Made by a program: the position numbers and the translations under genes. Below the pieces are notes generated by a model. The model was given only the letters and a program-made list of their open reading frames with translations, was not told where the DNA came from and did not search any database. A stretch of DNA of 64,000 nucleotides, taken from a virus. Location of the stretch: positions 12,638 through 76,637 of IMG/VR virus record IMGVR_UViG_3300013132_000039. One strand, given 5' to 3'. Shown in pieces: positions 18,654 through 28,749 of the stretch. The stretch's first letter is position 1; each line of letters opens with the position of its first letter.

Positions 18654-20015
18654 ATGCCAAGAAAGATTTCACAAGGTACGGCTGTTACAGGAGCAAGTGG
18701 TGGAGCTGGAACACTATTAGTAACAGGGACCAATGTAAGTACACAGGATGTAAACGGTGACATAACGTTTAGTCCTGCTAATACTTTAATTGTTCCTTCA
18801 AGATTCGTTGTTAGTAATACAACACCAAGCACAACAACAGCTACAGGAGCAATAACCACAACTGGTGGCGTGGGTGTAGCAGGTGCAATTAGTATAACTG
18901 GTGCATTAAATAGCACTGGAGGTCTTAGTAATGCTCCTGTAGGAAATGTAAATCCAAGCACAGGTGTGTTTACAGACTTAACAGTAACTTCTATGACTTA
19001 CGAAGAAACTAGTGAAGTTCTTGTTCCGTTGTCAGGAGCAACTGGTGTTGTAGTTCATAATTTTGCATTAGGTATGAATTTTTCACATACAGGTATTGCA
19101 GCAAACTTTACGGCTAATTTTACTAATATGCCTACTACTGACAATAGAAAGTATGAATTAACATTATATTTGACTCAGGGCGCGACCGGGTATCTTGCTA
19201 CAGCAGTACAAATAGATGGAGCAAGTGTAAATATCTACTGGGCAGGTGGAACATTTCCTACTGTAGGATCTAGTAGTTTTGATACTCAAAGCTTTACATT
19301 AATTAGATCCGGTGGTGCTTGGACCGTCTTTTCATCCTTAAATGTAAACGGACAAAATTATCCAGGAAGTAGCCAAACAAATCCGGCACCTAATGGGTAT
19401 TGGATAGCAAACAATATTAGACAACCTTTTAGCCTAACTTCAGGAACGTTCTGGATTAAAAGTGCTAAAATGCCCAATGCTCTACAAATGTATGTAGACT
19501 TAAACTACGAAAGTGGCGGCTATGACTTTTATAATATATCAGCAGGTACAGCGATAACCAAGTACGGTGAACAGCATAGTGGTTGTGCTTTGGGATTAGA
19601 TCTTGTTTACCCTAGAAGTGTACTCCATTGGCGTGCAATGACAGATTATGTTAGAAATATTATAGGCAGTGCAAACAATGACTATTTCCAAACTGCATAT
19701 GTAGTTTATAGGAACACTTCAACTACTGGCGGAACTGTCAACGGAAATTATAGTACCTATATTATGAGAAATCCTAGATTTTATGCTTCAGGAGCTCCTG
19801 ATTGGAAAACTGGAGATGGTGGCAGATGGTGGTTAAGAGATAGCACATTTACTGATCCTAGCGGAGACTATTCAGAACGTAATTTTCTAGGTATCGGAGC
19901 AGCTGGATATACTCATCCAAATCCTTACACAGGACAAGATATTCAACTTAATGATAATACAGCAGGTTATAGTACAGGTACTAGGTACTTAGTAAGCACT
20001 AATGCTAAACCTTAA
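18654..20015 (+). CDS. Tail fibre / receptor-binding protein B
   Basis: Shared central domain; GTFWIKS...MYVDLNYESGGY start, then a divergent lectin-like tip. Confidence 0.7.
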   Translation: MPRKISQGTAVTGASGGAGTLLVTGTNVSTQDVNGDITFSPANTLIVPSRFVVSNTTPSTTTATGAITTTGGVGVAGAISITGALNSTGGLSNAPVGNVNPSTGVFTDLTVTSMTYEETSEVLVPLSGATGVVVHNFALGMNFSHTGIAANFTANFTNMPTTDNRKYELTLYLTQGATGYLATAVQIDGASVNIYWAGGTFPTVGSSSFDTQSFTLIRSGGAWTVFSSLNVNGQNYPGSSQTNPAPNGYWIANNIRQPFSLTSGTFWIKSAKMPNALQMYVDLNYESGGYDFYNISAGTAITKYGEQHSGCALGLDLVYPRSVLHWRAMTDYVRNIIGSANNDYFQTAYVVYRNTSTTGGTVNGNYSTYIMRNPRFYASGAPDWKTGDGGRWWLRDSTFTDPSGDYSERNFLGIGAAGYTHPNPYTGQDIQLNDNTAGYSTGTRYLVSTNAKP

Positions 20016-20026
20016 TGGAGTAAAAA

Positions 20027-21718
20027 GTGGCAAGAACAACTAGATCAGGTGTAGCAGGCAGCGCAGCAAGTGGATTGGGTGGATTATCAGTTCAAGATAC
20101 AACAATTACTACATTGACTTCCGGCGAAAATATAACATTAAATGCTCCAGGAACTGGAGTTACTATTTCTACAACACCTTTGGTGGCTAGTAATACTACA
20201 GGAGCTATAACAGGTCTTACAGCTACATTGGCTACAGGTACAGCGATTGTAACTATCACAGGTGTAGGACAAACAACAAATGGTCTTTTAGTAGGACAAT
20301 CTCTTACAGTTACAGCAGGAACTGGATTATTTGGCGTAGGAGCAACAATATCTAGTATAGATAGTTTAACTCAGTTTACAATGAGTGCCAATCATAATAC
20401 ATCAGGAGCTGTAACATTTAGTCAAACTGCTGCTCCAGGATTAGGAGTAGTAGGTGGTGTAGGTATTGCACAGGATTTATTTGCTGGTGGAACCTTAACT
20501 GTATTAGGTGGATTCAGTGCTCCTATCGGAATTTCTCCTGCGGTATCAAGTACAGGTGCTTTTACTAGCTTACAAAGTACTGGATTGCAGCTAGTTACAA
20601 GTTCAGTCGACGCTGTCGCAGTAAAAACTAATGCTACTTTAACAGTGAACCATGATTTTAACGAAAGTAATATTTGGTATCATTATAACATAACTAGCGA
20701 TTTTACTCTTAATCTTATTAATGTGCCTACTACTAATGATAGAGTGTTGGCTGTTAGCGTAGTTCTTGTTCAAGGAGCCACAGGTCGTGCTGTTACAGGG
20801 TTTCAAATAGATGGAGTTGCACAGACCTTAAGATACCCAGGATACATAGCTATTAGCGGTACAGCTAGTAGGACTGAAGTACAAACGTTTGTACTCCAAC
20901 GCTCAAGTAATGCATGGACAGTACGAACCTATATGAGTACTTATGGAGAAGCTATAGGATCAAGTCCGTTAAATCCTGCTTCTAGTGCAGACGCGATTAA
21001 AACTGCCAATGCTAGCGCAACCAGTGGACTATATTGGATTAAAGGATCAACTTGGACTTATCCAGCTTTATGCTATTGCGAAATGACACTACACGGAGGC
21101 GGATGGGTTTATTTGATGCAACGCCTTTGTACAAATGATCAAGGACTACCGTCTACTTATTTGACTGCTCCAGCTGCTGGATTGCCAAATCACGCTAGCT
21201 CTGATTTTTACGGAACAAGAGATCTGTTAAATAACTCTTTAACAGTGCAGGCTATGTGGAATGGTATTGTTGGAGCAGCAGGTTCAGGAAAAATATTTGC
21301 AAGAGAAATGCAGATAGTTGGCGGAACTTATGATGAAGCACAAAGATATGTTTCTTCGGTTGATGCTGGAGCTATAGATTGGACAGCTTTTCAAAGATTT
21401 TTTGCAGGTAATTTTGTAAATGGAACATTTACCTCAACAAATTTATCTGTTTGGTATAATAATGGAAATAACGTAGCATTAAACAAACGAGGATTTAGTT
21501 ATAGTGCTCCTTACCTGGCCACAATAAATTCAGGAGCTACTAACGATACTGATTTATGGTTTTGTAACGGAGCAGACGGTGACAGTGCTACAGGTGCTAA
21601 TTGGAGCTTTGCCCTACAAAAAGGCGGCGCTGCTCCTCCTGCAACAGCAACAACAGCTAATGGTGGAAATCGACACAGTGGAAGATCAAGATGGGCAATA
21701 ATAGCTATAAAAGCATAA
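20027..21718 (+). CDS. Tail fibre / receptor-binding protein C with fibrinogen-C-like tip
   Basis: GTG start with GGAG SD; SGLYWIK...CYCEMTLHGGGW; shared central domain. Confidence 0.7.
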   Translation: MARTTRSGVAGSAASGLGGLSVQDTTITTLTSGENITLNAPGTGVTISTTPLVASNTTGAITGLTATLATGTAIVTITGVGQTTNGLLVGQSLTVTAGTGLFGVGATISSIDSLTQFTMSANHNTSGAVTFSQTAAPGLGVVGGVGIAQDLFAGGTLTVLGGFSAPIGISPAVSSTGAFTSLQSTGLQLVTSSVDAVAVKTNATLTVNHDFNESNIWYHYNITSDFTLNLINVPTTNDRVLAVSVVLVQGATGRAVTGFQIDGVAQTLRYPGYIAISGTASRTEVQTFVLQRSSNAWTVRTYMSTYGEAIGSSPLNPASSADAIKTANASATSGLYWIKGSTWTYPALCYCEMTLHGGGWVYLMQRLCTNDQGLPSTYLTAPAAGLPNHASSDFYGTRDLLNNSLTVQAMWNGIVGAAGSGKIFAREMQIVGGTYDEAQRYVSSVDAGAIDWTAFQRFFAGNFVNGTFTSTNLSVWYNNGNNVALNKRGFSYSAPYLATINSGATNDTDLWFCNGADGDSATGANWSFALQKGGAAPPATATTANGGNRHSGRSRWAIIAIKA

Positions 21719-21727
21719 GGAGAAAAA

Positions 21728-22927
21728 ATGGGTTTTTTTAATAAAGCATCACAAAGTTCAGCAGGAAAATATTACGAAAAGCCATCTCCAGGATTCACTG
21801 CACCAGATACTGCACAAATATCCGGTGCTAATAACGGGGCTAGTGTTAGTGTAGGAACATTTACTCCCTTAACAGACCCGTTTGGAAGAGGAAGAACAAC
21901 CTGGTCATTTAATGGAGATCTTCCTCCAGGATGGACTTTTAATAGTGTAAATGGTCAGATCACTATGCAAAGTATTTTAGGTGGGTTGAATGCTGAATTT
22001 GTCGTTTATAGATTTAGTGTAACAGCAAGCGAAATCGTTCCAAATTATAATCAAACTAGAACAGTTACAAGAAAATATAGTATTAGTTTAACAACTGCTT
22101 GGATTAATAGACAGATTATAACACAGGTTTATATGGCGGGAGGTTACCAAAATGGTGTAGTTTGGTCAAATGTTAATAGAACCACTGCTGCCACCGACAC
22201 TACTGTAAATTTAGGCGACGGAACTATTAATAACTTTCATTATAAATCAGGCGCCTGCGGATATACTAAACTGTATATTTGGAATAATACCACCACTGCA
22301 TTTAATATGAGAACTGAAGTGAGATCAAATTCAGGGCAAAGTGTTGCTTCAGCTAATAGTGGAACTGCCTTTGAGCCAAATAGAGAATACGCTTGGTGTA
22401 ACGGTGAAGGAGCAGGCCAGGTTAGAAAATGGACTTTTAGTACAGAAACTGTAGCCAACTTAGGCAATGGATGGAATGATCACGCTGCCAGTATTTCAGG
22501 GGAATTCCGCGGAATTTTTTGGGGAAATAGCGCCCAAACAGCGAGAACAATATTTGCCACAGATGCGTGGGCTTATATGGGACATAGTGCTGGAGCTCAC
22601 GGGCAACAAAAAGGCCTAATGGCAAAAACAGGATTTGGGTATGGTGGAAATCAAGGAAACTATAACGGCGGATATCAATTTAGAAAAACTAATATTGAAA
22701 CAGAAACTGGAGCGGGCACATTTAGTAAACTTCATGGAAACTACGGTGAAGAGAACTTTGGTATGGCACAAACAGCAGGATACTTATTAGGGCAATATAA
22801 TGGAGCACAAAACAATGCTTCTTTTAAATATACATATGCTACTGATAGTGGATTTACTGGCGGTGCAACATTAGAACCAAAAGGACACGGAGGATGCAGT
22901 TCAGGACACTGTGGCTGGAGGGATTAA
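21728..22927 (+). CDS. Ig-like plus Gly/aromatic-rich repeat (Kelch-like beta-propeller) protein
   Basis: WSFNGDLPPGWTFNSVNGQI resembles putative Ig domains; C-terminal repeats such as YMAGGY, GYGGNQG, GYLLGQY. Confidence 0.55.
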   Translation: MGFFNKASQSSAGKYYEKPSPGFTAPDTAQISGANNGASVSVGTFTPLTDPFGRGRTTWSFNGDLPPGWTFNSVNGQITMQSILGGLNAEFVVYRFSVTASEIVPNYNQTRTVTRKYSISLTTAWINRQIITQVYMAGGYQNGVVWSNVNRTTAATDTTVNLGDGTINNFHYKSGACGYTKLYIWNNTTTAFNMRTEVRSNSGQSVASANSGTAFEPNREYAWCNGEGAGQVRKWTFSTETVANLGNGWNDHAASISGEFRGIFWGNSAQTARTIFATDAWAYMGHSAGAHGQQKGLMAKTGFGYGGNQGNYNGGYQFRKTNIETETGAGTFSKLHGNYGEENFGMAQTAGYLLGQYNGAQNNASFKYTYATDSGFTGGATLEPKGHGGCSSGHCGWRD

Positions 22928-22956
22928 TAAGATAATTAACTTTTTAAGAGAATACA

Positions 22957-23805
22957 ATGACAAACTTAGTTAATTTTCCAATAAATCTTTTTGACAAATA
23001 TGATGAGTTTACTCCTCACGACTCATCAACTACTCATAATAGATTGCTATCTTCAGAGCAAAAAGCTATTGTAGAAAAGGCAATGAACATTACATTTGTT
23101 AATCCTAAATTTAAAATGGAGCATTTTGTTACAAGTGGACAGATTACTCCATACAGTGCATTAAAACAATGGGTCTTAGAGCTTAAGGGACACGAAGAAA
23201 CTACTGAAAACTACGAGCACACAATTCGAAAGTTAGACTTAGAAATAGAAGTTTTAGAATTAAGATCAAAACGCTCAGACGATGAGATAGAAAAGAGACT
23301 GATAGAAATAGAATTATTAGAAAAAAGTAAACAAAATAAACAAAACAAAAGAAGACTAAAACAACTATACATTGAAAGAGAGCAATTTGTAGAGCTTATT
23401 CAAGAATTCTTAGAAAAGCCAGAAAGTAAGACCCCAGATGGCAGAAGTTTATTAGACATCTTTGAAACACCGGAAGAAGAAGAATATGAAAAACAATATT
23501 GGTCAGTGAGGTTGGCCAGACAGGCAGCAATGGATATAAGTTCTTACGGTAAAATTAGTCACGGTAACTTAGATGCGATTTGCCAATTGCCTCCTGAAAT
23601 GCAAAATCAAACCTTAGCATTAGCTCACGAGGTAAGTTTAAAAATAGAATCGGCAAATGATTATATTAGAAATGAAACACATAAACATTTGTTAGCCAAT
23701 GACAAAGAATATAAAGATAATACCAGCAGCAATAACAAATCTACACCAAAAATTTCGCTGACTGAATACAAGGAAGGAAATATTAACGATGTTTATCGTA
23801 GTTGA
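22957..23805 (+). CDS. Coiled-coil hypothetical protein (possible fibre chaperone or partner)
   Basis: Long E/K/L/R-rich helical stretch; directly follows the propeller gene. Confidence 0.6.
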   Translation: MTNLVNFPINLFDKYDEFTPHDSSTTHNRLLSSEQKAIVEKAMNITFVNPKFKMEHFVTSGQITPYSALKQWVLELKGHEETTENYEHTIRKLDLEIEVLELRSKRSDDEIEKRLIEIELLEKSKQNKQNKRRLKQLYIEREQFVELIQEFLEKPESKTPDGRSLLDIFETPEEEEYEKQYWSVRLARQAAMDISSYGKISHGNLDAICQLPPEMQNQTLALAHEVSLKIESANDYIRNETHKHLLANDKEYKDNTSSNNKSTPKISLTEYKEGNINDVYRS

Positions 23806-24343
23806 AAGTTATGCCTCTAATGATCCAAGAGTAGTTCCAGAAATGGAATATATTGATCATTATAATGATTGGCTGTTTGATGTTGTGTATATACGACCAG
23901 AAAACGTTACTAAAGTTCCTTTAAACCAAATGAACTATGAAGAAGTACCTGAAGCAGTTGCTCGCGCAGCCAAGTTTAGTAAGGCAGACCCTAATTTTCG
24001 TTGTAGCTTTGAAGAAAATGGTCCAGAATTGAGTGAAATTCCGAATCAGACGTTAGATGAACACGCTACAAAATATAAAAAATATTATAATCTTACTGAG
24101 CAAGATAAATCATTGTTAGTTGAATATTATAAAATTCAGATGAGATTATATATTAATTTTCATTATAGATTTTTATCTCCAGAGATTGTAATGCGAAACG
24201 TACAATTTAGGCAAAACCTTGTCACCGAAATAAACAGTTTAAGTTCTGTTGAGGAATGTAGAAGTATTTTACATACAAAATTTGACTGCCATACAGCACA
24301 TACAGCTAATAGTGGACCATCTAAATTAGATTTACACAGATAA
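23789..24343 (+). CDS. Hypothetical protein
   Basis: Overlaps the upstream stop; AAGGA SD. Confidence 0.6.
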   Translation: MFIVVESYASNDPRVVPEMEYIDHYNDWLFDVVYIRPENVTKVPLNQMNYEEVPEAVARAAKFSKADPNFRCSFEENGPELSEIPNQTLDEHATKYKKYYNLTEQDKSLLVEYYKIQMRLYINFHYRFLSPEIVMRNVQFRQNLVTEINSLSSVEECRSILHTKFDCHTAHTANSGPSKLDLHR

Positions 24344-24344
24344 A

Positions 24345-24950
24345 TTGATTTTTTTAAAAGACTATATAGAAATTGATCAGTTTTTATCTAAGGATGATCA
24401 ACACAAACTATTACATCATTTAATACATCCTAGTTTTCCCTGGGCAATGAGCCTAGATGCTGTTTACGGATCAGACGGCATAACTTATAATGAAAACTCA
24501 ACTATAGGATTTTATCATACTTTACTTTATCAAGGTGAACCTTGCTCATCGGAGCTATCTAAACTTTCCTGGGTGGCAGATAAACTTTATCATACTGATT
24601 TTAAATTTTTTACTGTAGATAAACTTTTAAGATTTAGAATAGGATTTTTCACAAAACATTTTACTACAAAAGCACACAGTCCTCATATTGATTCAGAAAT
24701 TGATCATTGGACCTGTGTTTATTATGTTAATCAGTGTGACGGAGATACTGTTGTATATCAAGACCAATTTCCACAATTACAGCAGAATTATGTTAAAGAT
24801 TATAAATTTACTGAAAGATACCGTTGTAAACCTAAAATGGGAAAGCTTGTTACATTTGATGGAAAGTACTATCATAGCAGCAGTTACCCTACTATCAATC
24901 CTTTTAGGTTAGCTATCACTTTTAATTTTACTGTTAAGAAAAATACTTAA
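24345..24950 (+). CDS. 2OG-Fe(II) oxygenase
   Basis: PHID...VYYVN..DGDT...FDGKYYHSS...RLAITFNF (HxD...H...R); TTG start next to the upstream TAA. Confidence 0.8.
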   Translation: MIFLKDYIEIDQFLSKDDQHKLLHHLIHPSFPWAMSLDAVYGSDGITYNENSTIGFYHTLLYQGEPCSSELSKLSWVADKLYHTDFKFFTVDKLLRFRIGFFTKHFTTKAHSPHIDSEIDHWTCVYYVNQCDGDTVVYQDQFPQLQQNYVKDYKFTERYRCKPKMGKLVTFDGKYYHSSSYPTINPFRLAITFNFTVKKNT

Positions 24951-24953
24951 ATA
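24947..24953 (+). promoter_or_regulatory. Possible late promoter TTAAATA inside the tailoring operon
   Basis: TAAATA core at a gene junction; AT-rich background lowers certainty. Confidence 0.4.
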
Positions 24954-24973
24954 AAATCACTACAGAGACTAAA

Positions 24974-25579
24974 ATGTTTGATGATTTTATTGGTGTGTTT
25001 GACAATGTTCTAGATAACGACAGCTGTCATAAAATAATTGAATACTATGAAAATTTAAAATCCTTAAATTTAGTGTATTCTCGTCAATCGTTAAAGGATG
25101 GCTTAGCACATTATAAAAACGACGAGACTGCATTTTTGCTTCAGTATGACACTATCACAACAATGAAAAAAAATCCTGTACTACAAGATTTTTTAAAAGA
25201 GTTTTGGAAATGTTACGAAATTTATGCAGAAGAATATAGTTTATTGTTTGAAAGTGGTTTACACGGAATCAACAGTATAAGGTTACAAAAAACTAGACCT
25301 GGTCAAGGATTTCATATGTGGCATTATGAATCCAGTGAATATATAACAGCAAACAGAGTTATAGCTTGGACCTTATACTTAAACACAGTAGTAGAAGGTG
25401 GCGAAACAGAATTTTTGTACTACAAAAAACGTATAACTGCTAAACAAGGAAGATTGATTATTTGGCCAGCAGGTTTTACTCATACTCACAGAGGCAACTC
25501 TCCACTTTCAAATGACAAGTATATAATTACAGGTTGGTTAGAATTTATAGGCGGAAATAATGACAAGAAAAATTTTTAG
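24974..25579 (+). CDS. 2OG-Fe(II) oxygenase, prolyl-4-hydroxylase-like
   Basis: WHYE...YLNTVVEGGETEF...IWPAGFTHTHRG...KYIITGW. Confidence 0.88.
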   Translation: MFDDFIGVFDNVLDNDSCHKIIEYYENLKSLNLVYSRQSLKDGLAHYKNDETAFLLQYDTITTMKKNPVLQDFLKEFWKCYEIYAEEYSLLFESGLHGINSIRLQKTRPGQGFHMWHYESSEYITANRVIAWTLYLNTVVEGGETEFLYYKKRITAKQGRLIIWPAGFTHTHRGNSPLSNDKYIITGWLEFIGGNNDKKNF

Positions 25580-27248
25580 TGTACCCCTAAATCCAAAATT
25601 GGATCCACAAGAATACTTTGACTTTATGAACTTTTGTCAAGATTATAAAGACTGGATAGCTGATATTTACGTAACATTACGTATACCACCATTTAACCAA
25701 GATGCAATGGGGGATGTTATTATATTAGAAGAAGCGAAACTAAGCCTAATAGAAGCTGCTCTTAACCTTCACAATTCTACAGACATTCCACTAAGTGCAA
25801 CTTTCAATAATATTCAAGTACCTCCTACTCAAAAAAATCTAGATATTTTTATTAAAAATTACCAAAAACTTTATTCTTTAGGAATCAAAACACTTGTAGT
25901 TCCGCATACTCATTGGGTGGCTACAGGTCAAATACAAGCAGCTTTTCCCGGAGTTTATATAAAAAATACTATTCTACGTGATGTTCATACTGCTCAAGAA
26001 ATAGTTAATTTAGCCAAATACGGGTTTGATTATATCAACCTTGATCGAGACCTAATGCGGGATAAAGAAAAATTATTAGAAATTAAACGAGCCAAAGAGT
26101 TTGTAAAAAAAGAATACGGTAAAGATATCGCAATTAGTTTATTAGCTAACGAAGGATGTGTAGGACAGTGTCCTATGATGGTTGAACATTTCGAATATAA
26201 TAATAATAGAACAGAAACACAGCCGCAATACTTTTTTGATCCTATTAGCAGAACAACCTGTCCTAAGTGGGATGTTGAAGATCCTGCTATAGCTTTAAAA
26301 ACAGCTAATTTTAGCCCCTGGAAAGCAGACTGGGATTACTACTTAGATGAGCTAGGCATTGATGTTTTTAAGATGCACGGACGTGAAGATAAAGGTCGTT
26401 TGCAAGAAACAATGACACTAATTTCTAGATATGTAAACCAAGAAACATTTGTAGATCCAGGTTTTGAACAATGGTGCCAAGAAACTAACATAGTAGGTAA
26501 ACCTATAGAGCTTTGGCGTGAAAAAATTAAAACCTGCAGATTTGAATGTTGGGAATGCCAATATTGCGATAAAATACACGAAAAAAAATCTGATTTAGAT
26601 TATACACCGTTAGTTAAACATGTAGCTCAATCTATTGCTGATTCAGGAGTACCTAAAATTTTTGTTGATGTTCCCGGTCTAACAAGCCCTCGTGTGCAAA
26701 CTTTAATAAATCATCTAGCTTCAGGAGTAGGCACTTATATGGAAGTAGGTTCATATTTAGGAGCAACAGCAATAGCAGCTTTAAAAAATAATAATATAAA
26801 AGCAGCCTTTATAGATAATTGGAAGCAGGTACCTCAACCTAAAAAAGAAGGGTTTAAGGTAGCGGATATTAGTAGTAAAGAAATTTTTGCCAATAATATA
26901 AAACCGTATGTAGAAAATTCATTTGTAACTATACTAGATAACGATCTTTTTGAAGTTCCTATATGGGAATTCAATCAAGCAGTACAATTTCTGTTTTATG
27001 ACGGGCTTCACGACAAAGAAACTACTAAAAAAGCTGTAATGTTTTATTATTCTGCATTAGCTGAAGAATCTATTTTAGTTATGGACGATGCTAATTGGGC
27101 AGGAGTAGTAGAAGGAACTAGAGAAGCGTTAGCAGAGCTAGGAGCACAGGTTACTTATGAACGTCTACTTCTTAATGATGAAGAAAATTTAGAAGAATGG
27201 TGGAATGGACTACTTATTTGTGTTATAAGGAAAAATAATGTTAATTAA
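25560..27248 (+). CDS. U32-family (Fe-S hydroxylase-like) domain fused to class I SAM methyltransferase
   Basis: INLDRD, LANEGCVGQCP, FKMHGRE, CRFECWECQYC; C-terminal MEVGSYLGAT and FYDGLHD. Confidence 0.7.
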   Translation: MTRKIFSVPLNPKLDPQEYFDFMNFCQDYKDWIADIYVTLRIPPFNQDAMGDVIILEEAKLSLIEAALNLHNSTDIPLSATFNNIQVPPTQKNLDIFIKNYQKLYSLGIKTLVVPHTHWVATGQIQAAFPGVYIKNTILRDVHTAQEIVNLAKYGFDYINLDRDLMRDKEKLLEIKRAKEFVKKEYGKDIAISLLANEGCVGQCPMMVEHFEYNNNRTETQPQYFFDPISRTTCPKWDVEDPAIALKTANFSPWKADWDYYLDELGIDVFKMHGREDKGRLQETMTLISRYVNQETFVDPGFEQWCQETNIVGKPIELWREKIKTCRFECWECQYCDKIHEKKSDLDYTPLVKHVAQSIADSGVPKIFVDVPGLTSPRVQTLINHLASGVGTYMEVGSYLGATAIAALKNNNIKAAFIDNWKQVPQPKKEGFKVADISSKEIFANNIKPYVENSFVTILDNDLFEVPIWEFNQAVQFLFYDGLHDKETTKKAVMFYYSALAEESILVMDDANWAGVVEGTREALAELGAQVTYERLLLNDEENLEEWWNGLLICVIRKNNVN

Positions 27249-28749
27249 CAAAGTTAAAAAAATAATTATTTTTGGTGGCGGAACAAGTGGCTGGTTAACC
27301 GCAGCATATCTTATAAAAAATTTAACTATTCCTTGCGAAATATTATTGATTGAAAGTACGGTAATGGGTCCAATCGGAGTAGGAGAAGGAACTCAACCAG
27401 CTACAGCTAGATTTTTATATGATTGCGGCATAGATCCTTTAACCTGGATGAAACCTAGTCAGGCGAGTTTTAAATTAGGTGTTGAATTTGTTGGATGGAC
27501 TAAAGACAATTACTTTGTAGATAATGACTTTATAGAAAATACGTTAATAGCTCCTAATCTCTTTACTACAGATTATTTTATTTCTCAAGACAAGAATGCA
27601 TTTTATGATTGGCTACCTGCTTATCAAATGGCTAAGGAGAATAAAAGTCCTAAACTGGCAGGTATGGATACTAATTATGCACAATCTGGACAGCGTAACT
27701 GGGGGGCGGTTCATTTTAATGCATTACAAATTGTAGAAAGTATCAAGAATATTATAGGAAATAAAATAGAATATGCAGATACTAAAATTGTTAATATAGA
27801 AAAAAATCAAGACGGCATTACCGGACTAGTTGATGAAAATGGTATTCGTTTTACAGGTGACCTGTATCTTGACTGTTCTGGATTTAAGGCTAGATTAATA
27901 AATGAAACTTTAGGTGTAGAATTTGAATCTATTACAGATATTCTACCTAATGATAAAGCCGTGGTGATGCCTACGCAATACAACGATCCTCAAAAAGAAT
28001 GTTTCCCGTATACTCGTTCAACTGCAATGAATTCGGGTTGGAAATTTACTATTCCTATTTTTACTCGAGTAGGTAATGGATACGTTTATAGCAGTAAGTT
28101 TATTAGTCAAGAAGATGCAGAGAAAGAATTGCGTGAATCACTAAATGAATATGAAAGCAAAGCTAATCATTTAGATATGAGATGCGGAATAAACAAAGTT
28201 ATAGCACATAAAAATGTATGTGCTATAGGATTAAGTGCTGGATTTGTTGAGCCACTAGAGGCTACCGGAATTACTTTTACCACCAAGGCAGTAGAAATGG
28301 TATGTCAGGCTCTTAACACTACACACGGTATCTGGAGCAATCCTATAAAAAATGAAATTAATAAAATTTATACTGAGATGTTTTGGGAAATAGTTGCATT
28401 TGTTTGGGCACATTATCATTTTAGTTCTAAAAATGATACTGCTTATTGGCAAACAATCAGGTGTCAGTCTGAAGATATGATTCCAAAAAAAGTTTCTAAT
28501 ATCGTTGAAAAATTTTACCCTTTACCAGGAAGACATTTTTTCCTTAATCCTTCTTCAAGCTTCCATATTGGTCATTGGTTTAGTGTGTTAAATGCTGGAG
28601 ATGCATACAAAAATAGTGACTTTAAAATAGACGGAGAAGTCAGAAAGTACGCTGAGTATTTTATAAAAAATAACCAACATAGAGTAAATTTGGTTAAAGA
28701 AATATTCCCTAATCACTATGACTTTTTAGCAGAATGGTATAATGCATAG
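27238..28749 (+). CDS. Flavin-dependent halogenase, tryptophan halogenase family
   Basis: GGGTSGW, IGVGEGT, SFKLGVEF (catalytic Lys position), DCSGF, GWKFTIP, GFVEPLEATGI. Confidence 0.9.
   Translation: MLINKVKKIIIFGGGTSGWLTAAYLIKNLTIPCEILLIESTVMGPIGVGEGTQPATARFLYDCGIDPLTWMKPSQASFKLGVEFVGWTKDNYFVDNDFIENTLIAPNLFTTDYFISQDKNAFYDWLPAYQMAKENKSPKLAGMDTNYAQSGQRNWGAVHFNALQIVESIKNIIGNKIEYADTKIVNIEKNQDGITGLVDENGIRFTGDLYLDCSGFKARLINETLGVEFESITDILPNDKAVVMPTQYNDPQKECFPYTRSTAMNSGWKFTIPIFTRVGNGYVYSSKFISQEDAEKELRESLNEYESKANHLDMRCGINKVIAHKNVCAIGLSAGFVEPLEATGITFTTKAVEMVCQALNTTHGIWSNPIKNEINKIYTEMFWEIVAFVWAHYHFSSKNDTAYWQTIRCQSEDMIPKKVSNIVEKFYPLPGRHFFLNPSSSFHIGHWFSVLNAGDAYKNSDFKIDGEVRKYAEYFIKNNQHRVNLVKEIFPNHYDFLAEWYNA

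Noticed and set aside
3419-22625. Short antisense or alternate-frame ORFs inside the fibre genes (e.g. 7444, 7890, 12369, 17239, 18647, 22240)
   Set aside because: Shadows of long sense ORFs; no SD, promoter or recognisable motif
17183-22927. Diversity-generating retroelement or invertible tail-fibre switch
   Set aside because: No reverse transcriptase, recombinase, adenine-specific TR/VR pair or flanking inverted repeats seen in this window
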